In this document: one piece after another, positions 31,776 to 43,200 of the stretch
Position numbering within the stretch: the first letter of the stretch is position 1
Layout: every line of letters begins with the position of its first letter
DNA from: an uncultured Gemmatimonadaceae bacterium
Lineage (GTDB): Bacteria > Gemmatimonadota > Gemmatimonadetes > Gemmatimonadales > Gemmatimonadaceae
Assembly: GCA_963829055.1 (NCBI GenBank)
Contig: CAWHHI010000018.1
Span: forward strand, 38,786-102,785
DNA: 64,000 nt
Direction: 5' to 3'
Made by a program: the position numbers and the translations under genes
Notes under the pieces: model-generated
The model's input: only the letters and a program-made list of their open reading frames with translations
What the model was told of the DNA's origin: nothing
Database searches by the model: none

Positions 31776-32925
31776 ATGTCCAGCTCGCCCACGCGCCGTG
31801 CCGCGTTCGCTCTTGTGGCGCTGTTCGCCGCCTGCGACAAGGCGCCCGCCAAGCCGTTCGTGCCGCCCCCCGCCCAAGTCGGCATTGTGACCGTTGCGCC
31901 GACGAACGATCGCGGAGGCGTACGAGTTCGTCGGTCAGGTCTCGCCGTACCGCCGAGTCGAGGTCCGCTCGCGGGTCGAAGGGATCGTCACCGCCCGCCC
32001 GTTCGTCGAGGGCAGCGTCGTCCAGAAGGGTCAGGTGCTGTACAAGCTCGACGTCGTTAGGTACGACGCGGCGTACCGCGCCGCCGTGGCTCGACTCGAC
32101 AACGCGAAGCGAACGGTCGCTCGCCTCGAGCCGCTCGTGCCCAAGCGCGCGGTCGCGCAGCAGGACGTGGACAACGCACGCTCGGAGCTCGAGTCGGCGC
32201 AGGCCGCGGCCGATGCCGCGAAGCAGGACCTCGACGACACGGTCATCCGGGCCGAGATCTCGGGGCAGGTCGGACGCGCGCGCCTGGAGCTCGGCGCACG
32301 CGTCACGGGACCCGCGCGATCTGCTCACGACGATCGATGAGCTGAACCCGATCTACGTCACCTTTCACCCGTCCTCGCAGCAGTTGCTCGCCTGGCAGCA
32401 GGACAGCCAGGCGCGCGCGCTGCTGGCGGGGCGCGCGGCGAATGCGACCGCCGGCGCCGGCGGCAGTAACGGCGTCGCGGTGCGCGTCATCCTTCCCGAC
32501 GGCTCGCTCCTCCCGCGCGTGGGCCACATCAACTTCATGGCGCCGTCGCTCGACTCGGCCAGCGGCACGCAGGAGTTCCGCGCGCCAGTTCGCGAATGCC
32601 GATCGCCGCTTGCTGCCAGGCCAGTTCGTCCGCGTGCGGCTCGAAGGCTTCTCGCGCGCGAGTGCGCTCGCCGTCCCGCAGCGCGCCGTGCAGCAGGGGC
32701 TCGGACGTCAGTTCGTCTACGTCGTCGGGGTCGGGGACACGGTCACAGCGCGGGACGTCAATCCGGGTCCAGTGGAGCGGCAACCTCTGGATCATCGACT
32801 CTGGCCTCGCGACGGGCGATCGCGTTGTCGTCGACGGAATCCAGAAGATCGCGCCCGGGCGAGTCGTGAAGCCCGTGCCCGTCGTCGACTCGTCATCGAC
32901 CGCAGGAGCAGGAGCGAAGTCGTGA
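31776..32925 (+). CDS. RND efflux periplasmic adaptor (AcrA/MexA-like), frameshifted
   Basis: Lipobox FAAC, VEVRSRVEGIVTARPFVEGSVVQKGQVLY, LLPGQFVRVRL, SGLATGDRVVVDGIQK. Confidence 0.9.
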
Positions 32926-35900
32926 GCGTCATCGATATCGAAACCGTAGAGGAGAGCGACGGTACCGGTTCGACCGAGCCGTCTGCGGCCGACGAGCGAC
33001 AGCCCGAGATCAAGTACTTCTTCATTCGCCGCCCGGTGCTGGGCGCGGTCATCTCGATCGTCATCACGCTGCTCGGCCTGTTCGCGATCCAGCTCCTGCC
33101 GATCGCGCGCTATCCGCAGATCACGCCGCCGGCGGTGCGCATTCAGGCGAACTATCCGGGCGCATCGTCGGAGGACGCAGCGCAGGCCGTCGCCGCGCCG
33201 ATCGAGGAACAGCTCGCGGGGCTGCAAGGCCTACTGTACTACGCGTCCTCGAACTCGAGCGACGGATCGACGAACATCACGGTCACGTTCGACGTCTCGC
33301 GCAATCAGGATCTCGCGGCGGTGGACGTTCAGAACGCGGTCAAGCTCGCGGAGCCGCAGCTGCCTGACGCGGTGCGGACGAACGGCATCACGATCCTCAA
33401 GGCGAACACGGACATCCTGTGCGTCGTCGCGGTCCAATCGGACGATCCGCGGTACGACGCGACGTATCTCGCGAACTATCTCAAGCTCAACGTCCTCGAC
33501 GAGATCAAGCGCATTGCCGGGCGTGGGCGACGCGACGCCGTTTCCGACGCGCGACTTCGCCATGCGCCTCGAGCTCGATCCGGAGAAGATGGCGCAGCTC
33601 GGGATCACGGTCAGCGACGTCGCCGCCGCGGTGCGCGAACAGAACGCGACGAATCCCGCCGGCCGACTTGGGCGCCGAGCCGTCACCGCCGGGGACGCAG
33701 CTCACGCTGCCGATCACGACGCTCGGTCGCCTGACGACCCCGAAGGAGTTCGACGACATCATCGTCCGGGCGCGGGCGGACGGCTCGGTCGTCCGCCTGT
33801 CGGACATCGGCAAGGCGAAGCTCGGCGCACGCAGCTACGACCTCGTTGGTCGGCTGAACGGCGTGCATACAGCCAACGCGCTGATCTACACGCGGCCCGG
33901 CGCCAATGCGCTGAACGTGAAGGCAGGCCGTCGAAGGCGCGCATGGACGAGCTGCAGCCGACGTTCCCGCGGGGGATCAGGTACGCGATCCCGTTCGACA
34001 CCACGCCGTTCGTGAGCGCTTCCATCAAGGAAGTGGCGATCACGCTGGTCGAGGCGATGGTGCTCGTGACGCTCGTCGTGTTCCTGTTCCTGCAGAGCTG
34101 GCGCGCGACACTGATCCCGATGCTCGCCGTTCCGGTGAGCGTCATCGGGACGTTTCTCGGGCTGCTCACGTTCGGCATGTCGATCAACGTGCTGACGCTG
34201 TTCGGGCTCGTGCTCGCGATCGGCATCGTCGTCGACGACGCCATCGTCGTGATCGAGAACGTCGAGCGCATCATGGCGACGGAGGGCCTGCCACCTCGGC
34301 TCGCCGCCGACAAAGCCATCCGTCAGGTGGGCAGCGCGCTCGTCGCGATCGTGCTCGTGTTGTGCTCGGTGTTCGTGCCGGTCGCGTTCATCGGCGGCGT
34401 CACTGGCGCGTTCTTCAAGCAGTTCGCGATGACGATCGTGATCGCCGTCGTGCTGTCGGGCCTCGTGGCGCTCACGCTCACGCCCGGCGCTCTGCGCGCT
34501 GCTCCTCAAGGACACGAACGAGACGCACACGACGGGCTTCTTCGGCTGGTTCAATCGCGTCTTCGCTCGCGGGACGAACCCATTATGTCGGCGCTGTCGA
34601 CTCGGTACTCGGTCGACCGTCGGCGTGGCTCGGCGCGTTCGCGGTGCTTCATCGCACTCGCCGGGCTGCTGTGGACGCGGATCCCGACCGCGTTCATCCC
34701 GACGGAAGACAAGGGCTACATGGCGATGTCGATCCAGCTGCCTGACGCGGCATCGCTGCAGCGGACCGAGGCGGTCGTCGCCAACGTCGAGAAGATCATC
34801 CGCACCGAGCCGGCCGTGCAGAACATCGTCGCGCTCGTGGGGCTCGACCTGCTGAGCCAATCGAATTCGACCAATGGCGCGACGGTGTTTCTCAATCTCA
34901 AGCCGTGGGAGGAGCGCTCGAAGCACGACGCGCTCGACTCGATCGCCACGCGCATCAACGGCAAGCTGTTCGCGATGAAGGACGCGATGGCGTTCGGCTT
35001 CAACCTGCCCGAGGTGCCGGGACTCGGCGTCACGGCAGGCGTCGAGGTGAACCTGCAGAATCGGCAGCGGGCAGGATATTCGCGAGTTCGCCGGACACGT
35101 GAACGAGTTCCGCCAGTCGGTGAACCAGCTGTCGGCGTCGGGCGGGCTCAACTCGACGTTCCGCGCGAGCGTGCCGCAGGTGTACGTCACGGTCGATCGC
35201 ACCGCCGCCAAGGCGCGCGGCGTGAACCTCACGGACCTGTTCGCGACGCTGCAGGCGTTTCTCTCGTCGCTGTACATCAACGACTTCAATCTGTTCGGCA
35301 AGACGTACCGCGTGCAGGCGAACGCGGCCGAGGAGTACCGGCAGTCGCCTAGCGACATCGGACGGCTGTACGTGCGCGGAACGAACAACGCAGATGGTCC
35401 CCGTGTCGGCGCTGACGTCGACGGCATTCCGAAGTGCGCCGACCGTCGTCACGCGATTCAACGGCTTCACGTCGACGCAGTTCACGGGTCCGTCGAAAGC
35501 CGGGACACTCGAGCGGCGAGCTTCTCTCCGAGGTCGACCAGCTCATTCAGACCCAGTTCGCGTCGGCCGGGCTCGGCGTGTCGTACTCGGGTCAGTCGTT
35601 CCAGGAACGCGCGTCGAGCGGAGCGGCCGCGCTGGTGTTCGTGCTCGGTCTGATCATGGTGTTCCTGGTGCTCGCGGCGCAGTTCGAGAGCTGGTCGGTG
35701 CCGTTCGCGGTGCTGCTCGGCGTTCCGTTCGGCGTGCTCGGGGCGCTGCTCGGCATCTGGATCCGCGGACAGCCTAACGACATCTACTTCCAGGTCGGCC
35801 TCATCACGGTCGTGGGGCTGGCGGCGAAGAACGCGATCCTGATCGTGGAGTTCGCGACGCACCTGCGGCGAGCAGGGGCTCAGCATCCGCGAAGCCGCGA

Positions 35901-36168
35901 CCGAGGCGGCGCGCGAACGACTGCGTCCGATTCTCATGACGTCGTTCGCGTTCATTCTCGGCGTGCTGCCGCTGATGCTCGCGTCGGGAGCCGGCGCGGC
36001 CAGTCGTCACTCGATCGGCACGGGCGTCTTCGCCGGGATGCTGTTCGCGACGACGATCGGGATCTTCTTCATCCCGTTGTTCTTTCGGCTGATTCGCGGA
36101 GTGGCTGAGCGTCGCGCGAGGAAGAAGCCAACACCTGCGCCTGGCGCGCCGCGCCGGAGCACGCCTGA
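32922..36168 (+). CDS. RND efflux permease (HAE1, AcrB-like), frameshifted
   Basis: [73 protein letters not shown]. Confidence 0.93.
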
Positions 36169-37671
36169 TGCGCCGCCTCGCGCTTCTCGGCGTGGGACTG
36201 GGCACGGCCATGGCTGCGTCCTGCACGGTAGGACCGAAGTACGAGCCCGTAGCCTGTCATCGCTGCCGGAACGCATCGGGGTGCCGCAACTGAGCGACTC
36301 GTCGCGCCACTTCTTCGACTCGCTCGCGGTGGAGCGAGCGCGCGACAGCGTCCCGGCACAAGCCGGACCGCCTAACGCCGCGCGTCCGACGCTCAACGCG
36401 GCGACGGTGAGCGCGGCGGCGTGGCTCGACATCATTCAGGACACGACGCTCGTATCGCTCGTTGACATCGCATTGCGGCAGAATCGCGATCTCCGCGTCA
36501 CGCTCGCGCGCATCAACGAGTTCCGCGCAGACGTCGGCATCGCGCGCAGTCCGCAGCTGCCGAGCGTGAGCCTCAACGGCGTTCAGAGCACGAATCAGAG
36601 TCGCGTTTGGCTCGTTGGCGCCGCAGGCCTTTCGCGTCACGCGCGTCACCGGCGACCTGGCGTGGGAGCTCGACTTCTGGGGGCGCGTGCGTCGGGGCGT
36701 CGAGGCCGCGAACGCGGATCTGGGCGCGCAGGAAGCGGCGCAACGGGCGACCGCGCTGTCGCTCGTCAGCGACGTAGCGTCGGGTTACCTGCAGCTGCTC
36801 GAGCTGGACCAGGAGCGCGCGATCGCCGAGCGGACGTTGAGCTACGCGCAAGGTGACGCTGGACATCGCGCGGCAGCGCTTCGCGCAGGGCCTGACGTCG
36901 GAGCTCGACGTGAGGCAGTTCGAGGCGCAGGTGGCGGGACCGGCGGTAACGCTCGCGCAGGCCGAGCGTGCGCGGGCGCAGACGGAGCACAATCTGAACG
37001 TGTTGTTAGGCGAAGGCGCCGTCGCGATTCCGCGCGGCACGTCGCTCGGCGCCGCGGTGTCGGCGCTCACGGTGCCTGATTCGATTCCCGCGTCGCTGCT
37101 CGCGCGCCGCCCCGACGTCGTGCAAGCCGAACGGGAGTACGCGGCGTCAGTGGCGCGCGTCGGCATCGCGGACGCCGCTCGCTGGCCGACGTTCAACATC
37201 GTCGGGTCGGTCGGGACGCAGTCCGGCCTGCCGGACAATCTCTTCAACTCGAACACGCAGGTGTACCAGGCGCAGGTCGGCGTGTCGTTTCCGCTGTTCG
37301 ACAACAAGCGTCTCGCGAGCGTGTCCGCGGCGGCGAGGGCGCGTGCGGAGCAGGCGCGGGCCTCGTACGAGGGCGTGGCGCTCAACGCGGTGCGCGAGGC
37401 GAACGATGCGCTGATCGTCGTTCGCACGGCGCGCGACGAAGCGGTGGCGCAGGCGACGCAGGCCAATGCGCTCCGCGCGGCGCTCGAGTTGGCGACGGTG
37501 CGGTACGAGGCCGGCCTGTCGACCTATCTCGATCTGCTCGACGCGCAGCGCAGCCTGTTCTTCGCCGAGCTCGCGGCGAGCCAGGCGCAACTCGGAGAGT
37601 TGAGGGCCGCGGTGCAGCTCTACAAGGCGCTCGGCGGGAGCTGGAGGGAAGAAACGTCGAGGCCCAGGTAG
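36168..37671 (+). CDS. Outer membrane efflux lipoprotein (NodT/OprM-like), frameshifted
   Basis: Lipobox [51 protein letters not shown]. Confidence 0.92.
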
Positions 37672-37680
37672 CAGTCAGGT

Positions 37681-37889
37681 GGGGACTGGGGACTGGGGAC
37701 TGGGGACTTAACTGCAGCTGGTTGCTGGGTGCTCGTGCTTGTTGCTGGGTGACGCTGAGTGCGGCTGCGCGCAGCGAGCAGCGCGTGGGTGACCGGGCGC
37801 TAATAGCAGCAGCGGGCAGCGTGCGGCCGCAGCATGCAGCCGTCGGCAGATGTGCCCAGCGTGCAGCCCCAGTCCCCAGTCCCCAGTCC
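37681..37889. repeat. Intergenic element bounded by inverted heptamer arrays (GGGGACT)x4 ... (AGTCCCC)x~3
   Basis: GGGGACT x4 at 37681-37708 and its reverse complement at 37865-37889. Confidence 0.8.
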
Positions 37890-38001
37890 GCTCATGCAGC
37901 AGCGCATCTGAAGGCCAGGGCGAGCGGTCTCCACGTCGCTCGCCGTCTACTTACGACTCGCGGCGAAGCTCATACATTCGACGTCTCCGGACTGAGGATC
38001 T

Positions 38002-39051
38002 ATGCGCTCCCACCTCACTCGACACGCCCGCGCCCTGCGCTTCGTTCTCCTTGGCGCCCTGTTGCTTCGGCCAGCCGCACTCGTAGCGCAGGCGAAGGAG
38101 TACCTCTACCTCGGCAACAGTCTGGGTGGGGACATCTCCATCATCTCGATCCCTGCGCACAAGGTTGTCGGCACAATCCCCGCGACCGTGGTCGGCAACC
38201 ATCCCGACGACGTGATCTCGTCGCGGAATGGCGACGTGCTCTACATCAGCCGGCTCGACGTCAACGATGTCATCGCCGTGAGCACCGCCACGGAGCAGGT
38301 GCTGTGGCGCGCGGAAGTGCCCGGGGTGCCTAACCACCTCACGCTCTCGCCAGACGAGCAGTTCCTCTACGTCCCGATCTACGACAAAGGGGTACTCGCG
38401 GTGATCGACACGAAGACGCACCAGGTCGTCGCCAGCGTCGACGTGGGCAAGGGCCCACACGGGACGCAGCTCGGCCCGACGGGGAAGCACCTCTACGTCG
38501 GCGACATGGAGTCGAACGAGGTCGCGGTGGTGGAGGTCGGGACCAATCGGCTCGAGAAGAAGATCGTGATGCCCGAGGGCGTGCGGCCGTTCCAGCTGTC
38601 GCGAGACGAGAAGTATCTCTACGCGCAGCTCTCGAAGCTGCACGGCTTCGTCGTGGTGGACCTGACGACGGACAGCATCGTCCGCACCGTCACGCTGCCA
38701 ACCGGTGGGCGGACGCTTCCGGCGGCGACGCTCGAGGCGTCGCACTACGTGATGAACCACGGCCTCGGCATCTCGCCGGACGGGAAGTACATGGTGGCAA
38801 ACGGCTCGCTCATCGGCATCACTGCCATCTACTCGATGCCGGACCTGCAATTGCTCGGCACCGTGCCCGTGGGCCGGGAGCCCAACTGGGTGACATTCAG
38901 CCGAGACTCGAAGTACGCCTATGTGAGCAACCGTCGCGACAATACGCTGTCGGTCATCTCGATTCCCGAGCGGAAAGAGGTCGCGAGGCTCAAGGTCGGT
39001 GAGTTCCCGCAGCGGATGACGACGACGATGGTCGCTCGCCGCCCGAATTGA
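38002..39051 (+). CDS. Exported YVTN/YncE-type beta-propeller protein
   Basis: Signal peptide. Repeats such as VGKGPHGTQLGPTGKHLYV and VGREPNWVTFSRDSKYAYVSN..DNTLSVI. Confidence 0.85.
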   Translation: MRSHLTRHARALRFVLLGALLLRPAALVAQAKEYLYLGNSLGGDISIISIPAHKVVGTIPATVVGNHPDDVISSRNGDVLYISRLDVNDVIAVSTATEQVLWRAEVPGVPNHLTLSPDEQFLYVPIYDKGVLAVIDTKTHQVVASVDVGKGPHGTQLGPTGKHLYVGDMESNEVAVVEVGTNRLEKKIVMPEGVRPFQLSRDEKYLYAQLSKLHGFVVVDLTTDSIVRTVTLPTGGRTLPAATLEASHYVMNHGLGISPDGKYMVANGSLIGITAIYSMPDLQLLGTVPVGREPNWVTFSRDSKYAYVSNRRDNTLSVISIPERKEVARLKVGEFPQRMTTTMVARRPN

Positions 39052-39521
39052 GTTCGTCCGAACCGACTCATTCGAGCGACGGTCGATCGATGGATGCCAG
39101 GGAGCCGCCGTCTCGCCGCCGCGCGCTCGTGACGCTGCTTCGGCTGCCACTGTGGTGCAACGCGGCGGCGACTGCCGCGCTGGCCGGATGCGCTTCCGCG
39201 CTCGGCCGATTGAGGGGCCGCCCTGGCACCGCGGTTGGAACACTCGACCGGCTGCCGCCAGGCGGCGGTCTGCGCGCCTCGTTAGGCGATGACGAGTCCG
39301 CCATCGTCGTGAACGTCGATGGCGTCGTTCGGGCATTCCGCGCCGTGTGCACGCACGAAGGGTGTCCGCTCGGTTGGAATGCGCAGCAGCATCTCATCCG
39401 ATGCCCGTGTCACGGCGGTGCGTACGACACTGGCGGGAAGGTCGTGTCCGGCCCTCCGCCAGCGCCGCTCACGGAGCTGCGGGCGGTCGTCGAGCACGGA
39501 ACGATCTACATCGTGCGTTGA
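39048..39521 (+). CDS. Small Rieske [2Fe-2S] protein with Tat-like N-terminus
   Basis: SRRRAL, CTHEGC...CPCHGG.YD..G.VVSGPPPAPL. Confidence 0.88.
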   Translation: MSSSEPTHSSDGRSMDAREPPSRRRALVTLLRLPLWCNAAATAALAGCASALGRLRGRPGTAVGTLDRLPPGGGLRASLGDDESAIVVNVDGVVRAFRAVCTHEGCPLGWNAQQHLIRCPCHGGAYDTGGKVVSGPPPAPLTELRAVVEHGTIYIVR

Positions 39522-39543
39522 AGCACCGAGTGGTGGTTCCGCG

Positions 39544-40923
39544 TTAGGGCTCGGGTGTGATGTTCTGGTTGAGCCGGAACAGGTTGGTCGGATCGTACTT
39601 CCGCTTGATGCTGGCGAGCCGGTCCCAGGTCGACGCTGGATACGCCGCACGAGTACGCGCGACGCCCTCGTCGCTGAGGAAGCCAACGTAGGCGCTCAGG
39701 TCGTTAGGCTGGAGCGCTTTGGCGAACTCGGTGACCCAGGCGGCACGAACCGGACGATCGTCGGGGCCAGTGTAGAACGCCGCGACGTTCACGAGCATCG
39801 GCCTGGAGCGGTGCGCATACGCCGTCGCGTCGGCGGGCACACGTGCCGCGGCGCCGCCGAGCGCCCGAAGCTGGGCGACGCGCATCGACGCATCCGAGTC
39901 GGACAGAAATCGGAAGATCGTCTCCGCCGCCGCGCGGTCGATCGTATCGACGAACATCGTCCGGGCGATGGCGGTCGGATGTGCGTTCGGGTCCTCCGGC
40001 GGATACATCCCGGCATACGGCATCGGCTTGACCATGTCCGCGAGCGGTGTCGCGATCGTTCGGAACGGCGCGATCGCGCGCGATGCGGAGTCGGGGTCAC
40101 CCGCATACGCGATCATCCCCAGGATCACCAGCCGTCCGTGCACTGATTGCGGCAGGAATGGCATCGGCGGTGCGGGCATGATGTTGGCGATCGTCGACAG
40201 CTCGTCAGGCGCTGCAAGCGCCGCCGCCGAAAAGCCAGCGATGGTTTCTGGAGTGGCGGGCAGGACGAGTATGCCGCCGGTGAATTGCGGCAGCTCGTGC
40301 AGGCGGAACTGGAGGCGCGTCACTACACCGAAGTTTCCGCCGCCGCCGCGAATGGCCCAGAACAGGTCCGGGTGGTGGTTGGCGTCAACGTGGAGGTGAC
40401 GGCCATCCGCGGTCACCAGTTCGGCCGCGAGTAGCGAATCGATCGTCAGTCCGTATTTCCGGACGAGAAAGCCGATGCCGCCGCCGAGCGTGATGCCTCC
40501 GATGCCGACCGACCCGGAATCACCGAAGCCGACGACCAGGCCATGCTTGCCCGCCGCTTCCGTGAGCTGCAAGGCTGTCGCGCCGGTCTCGGCCCACGCG
40601 GTTCGCTCGTTAGGATCGATCTCGATCCTCGACATCGCGCGCAGGTCCAACACGATGCCGCCATTCGTCGTGCTATGGCCGGCGACGCTGTGGCCGCCGC
40701 TGCGTACGGCGAGCTCGAGCGCTTCGTTACGAGCGATCGAGACGACGCGCTGCACGTCGGCGACGTTGGCGACCTGGACGATCGTCGCCGGTCGCTTGTC
40801 GATCCCGCCATAGTAGACGGCGCGTGCGGCGTCATAGGCGGGATCCTCAGGCGTGAGAACGCGTCCTTTGATGCCAGCGAAGCCGCTTGGTGATTGCCGT
40901 GTCTGTCGAGTCAATGAGTGCAT
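39544..40923 (-). CDS. FAD-binding oxidoreductase (BBE/VAO-type)
   Basis: VRSGGHS, SVGIGGITLGGGIG, DLFWAIRGGGGNFGVVT, KRKYDPTNLFRLNQNI. Confidence 0.93.
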   Translation of the reverse strand: MHSLTRQTRQSPSGFAGIKGRVLTPEDPAYDAARAVYYGGIDKRPATIVQVANVADVQRVVSIARNEALELAVRSGGHSVAGHSTTNGGIVLDLRAMSRIEIDPNERTAWAETGATALQLTEAAGKHGLVVGFGDSGSVGIGGITLGGGIGFLVRKYGLTIDSLLAAELVTADGRHLHVDANHHPDLFWAIRGGGGNFGVVTRLQFRLHELPQFTGGILVLPATPETIAGFSAAALAAPDELSTIANIMPAPPMPFLPQSVHGRLVILGMIAYAGDPDSASRAIAPFRTIATPLADMVKPMPYAGMYPPEDPNAHPTAIARTMFVDTIDRAAAETIFRFLSDSDASMRVAQLRALGGAAARVPADATAYAHRSRPMLVNVAAFYTGPDDRPVRAAWVTEFAKALQPNDLSAYVGFLSDEGVARTRAAYPASTWDRLASIKRKYDPTNLFRLNQNITPEP

Positions 40924-41035
40924 GGTAGTCCTGTCGGAAATTCGGGTCTGGTGTTGCCGAGCCGGCTGTACACGGCTCGGGACGTCCTGTATATGACGTC
41001 GATCGACGCGACTCGAATTCGACATGCTGCTTCCT

Positions 41036-41188
41036 GTCATTCCGAGCGAACGAAGTGAGTCGAGGAATCGCGATTATGATCGGTAGACGGCCCTCTATCG
41101 AGAGCAGCGGTCTCGATTCCTATGCGCCTGGCCAGCGCGACTCTCGCGGCCGCTTGGCGGCGAGGCTCGGATGCCCGCTCGGAATGAC
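41036..41188. repeat. REP/REPIN-like palindromic element with GTCATTCCGAGCG terminal inverted repeats
   Basis: Perfect 13-bp IR at 41036-41048 and 41176-41188, inner IR GGAATCG/CGATTCC, related half-copies at 50096 and 50151. Confidence 0.75.
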
Positions 41189-41742
41189 GACACCGGCTCA
41201 GAATGACGCTCACTTCCGCTCGTCGTCGGCGGGCGCTCGAGCGGCTTGTTCGGACGGCGGATCTTCCAACGATGCAGGAGGACTGCCCACCGGCATCCGG
41301 CCCGTTAGGGCGTGAACGAACGTGCCGGAAGCATGGATCGGGCGGATCGGCGATGCGCGCGATGTCGCCCGGGCGAGAGCGTCGAGACGCGACGGTGCCG
41401 TGAGCATGGTACCTCCGTCGTCCCCTCCTTAAACGGGCCGCGTTCCACGGTCTGTCAGGGACGCGATCGCATCGGGCCGTTTCAGTTGTTTCCGTCCAAT
41501 CAGTTCACACCCGGTTCTGGATGTCGTGTCGAAGCGGTTCGTACGGATGGTTGCCGGACAGCCCTCCGCGCTGAATAGCAGTTGCCGTGGCCGTTGCAGT
41601 TTCTGCGTCCTGCTGCGTTGCGGCCGCGAAGTGGCCGCCTGCGTCCTTCTGCGTCGCTGTTGGACCTACGGACCGAACTGTGTTGAAGCAGTCCTCGGCG
41701 CCAAGCGAATGGAATCTCGTGGTTCGCCCTGCTGGCCAGCGC

Positions 41743-42570
41743 CTAACGTGACAAGACGCCAGTCGACCGGGAGGTGGGCCGATTGGTAAACAGCCCACCC
41801 GCCAGTCCCGCCTCGTACGCCACGAACACGCCGAACACCAGACTGAGTGCGCCGGACGCCAGGCGCAGTCCACGCTGCGCCCGCGCGAATCGCCGTCCCG
41901 TCGCCGCGAACGGAACTCCGATCGCCGCCGTGATCACCATCATCCCCGCAACGGTGCCGAAGCCGAACACGAGCAGATAGAGCATCGCCCAGCGCGACCG
42001 ATCGATCGTCGCCAGTACGATGAGCGCGACCGCCGCCGATCCAGCGAGTCCGTGGACCACCCCCACGACTAGCGGCCTAACGATCTGGTAAACGCCCACG
42101 CGACCGAAGTGACGATCCATCCAGCTGACAGGTGTCTGCTGCGGGTCGTGCGGATGCGACTCCGGCTCGTGCCCATGTACGTGCGTGTGGACGTAGTCGC
42201 CATGTCCGTGCGCATGCGAATGCACGTGGTGCGATGGGCCCCGACGCATCTCGTCCACCGTCTCGCGGAGCCAACCGGTCACGCCCCGCAGGTTGATGAG
42301 ACCAAGAATGCACAGCATGGCTCCCACGGCCATCTCCATCGACATCCCGACGCGCGGCGGGATCACCCAGCCGAGCAGTATGATGGCGCCGCCCACGACC
42401 AGGATCGTGAGGGTGTGGCCAACGCCCCACGCCGCCCCGATCACCGCAGCGGAGCGCGCGTTGCGCTCACGAGCGACGATCGTGGCGACGGCGATCACGT
42501 GGTCGGCGTCCGTCGCGTGACGCATGCCGAGGAAGAAGCCAAGCGCGAGGATGCTCAGGAGGCTCGTCAT
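41743..42570 (-). CDS. High-affinity nickel/cobalt transporter (NiCoT/HoxN-like)
   Basis: GMRHATDADHVIAV, WGVGH, His-rich loop, GVVHGLAGS. Confidence 0.85.
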   Translation of the reverse strand: MTSLLSILALGFFLGMRHATDADHVIAVATIVARERNARSAAVIGAAWGVGHTLTILVVGGAIILLGWVIPPRVGMSMEMAVGAMLCILGLINLRGVTGWLRETVDEMRRGPSHHVHSHAHGHGDYVHTHVHGHEPESHPHDPQQTPVSWMDRHFGRVGVYQIVRPLVVGVVHGLAGSAAVALIVLATIDRSRWAMLYLLVFGFGTVAGMMVITAAIGVPFAATGRRFARAQRGLRLASGALSLVFGVFVAYEAGLAGGLFTNRPTSRSTGVLSR

Positions 42571-42577
42571 GACATCG

Positions 42578-43144
42578 TCAGCGGCGCGCGGAGATATCGA
42601 ACGTGCATTTGAGCTCGTCTTTGACCTTGAGCATGCTACCCGCGATCGTCACCGGCTTGATGTTGTAGTCGGTCTGCCGGACAGTGAACTCTCCAGAAGC
42701 GCGGAGCAGACTGCCAGTCGCTGACAACGTCGCGGTGATCGCCTGCGGGAACGTCACGCCGTGCAACGTGAGCTGACCGTTCAGCGCGACCTTGAACTGT
42801 CCAGATCCGATCGGCCGCGCTGCCGCGCTCGCGCAGTCGTAGATGATCTCCGGGAAGCGCGAATCCTCCAGCACCTGCTCGTGCATGGTCCGTTCAATGG
42901 TGCGACGATCGCTGTCGCTCACGTCATCGACAAGGGTGAGCGACGCCGCGGGCATCGTCATCCTGAGCGACGCCTCTTCCGGTGCGTCGAGGTCGAACGA
43001 AACCTCACCGGTGAAATCGCGCGCGACGAACTTGGGATTGTGACCGAGAGCAGACAGCATCCCGCCGGCGAAGGCCTGAACGGTGAACCGACTGACCTCT
43101 GGATCGATGATGTAGCGCGGGCGCGCGCTCAGGTTCGCTTCCAT
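42578..43144 (-). CDS. YceI-like (polyisoprenoid-binding fold) protein
   Basis: YIIDPEVSRFTV, VLEDSRFPEI, GQLTLHGVT, TDYNIKP...KVKDEL. Confidence 0.85.
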   Translation of the reverse strand: MEANLSARPRYIIDPEVSRFTVQAFAGGMLSALGHNPKFVARDFTGEVSFDLDAPEEASLRMTMPAASLTLVDDVSDSDRRTIERTMHEQVLEDSRFPEIIYDCASAAARPIGSGQFKVALNGQLTLHGVTFPQAITATLSATGSLLRASGEFTVRQTDYNIKPVTIAGSMLKVKDELKCTFDISARR

Positions 43145-43200
43145 TCATAGTTATCGCTCCCGCGCGTCTCGTGCACCAGCGGGGAGATGCCGGATCTCCA

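Noticed and set aside
41210..41740. Small ORFs or a metal riboswitch near the NiCoT gene
   Set aside because: The region is downstream of the transporter, no riboswitch consensus was recognised, and the ORFs lack support.
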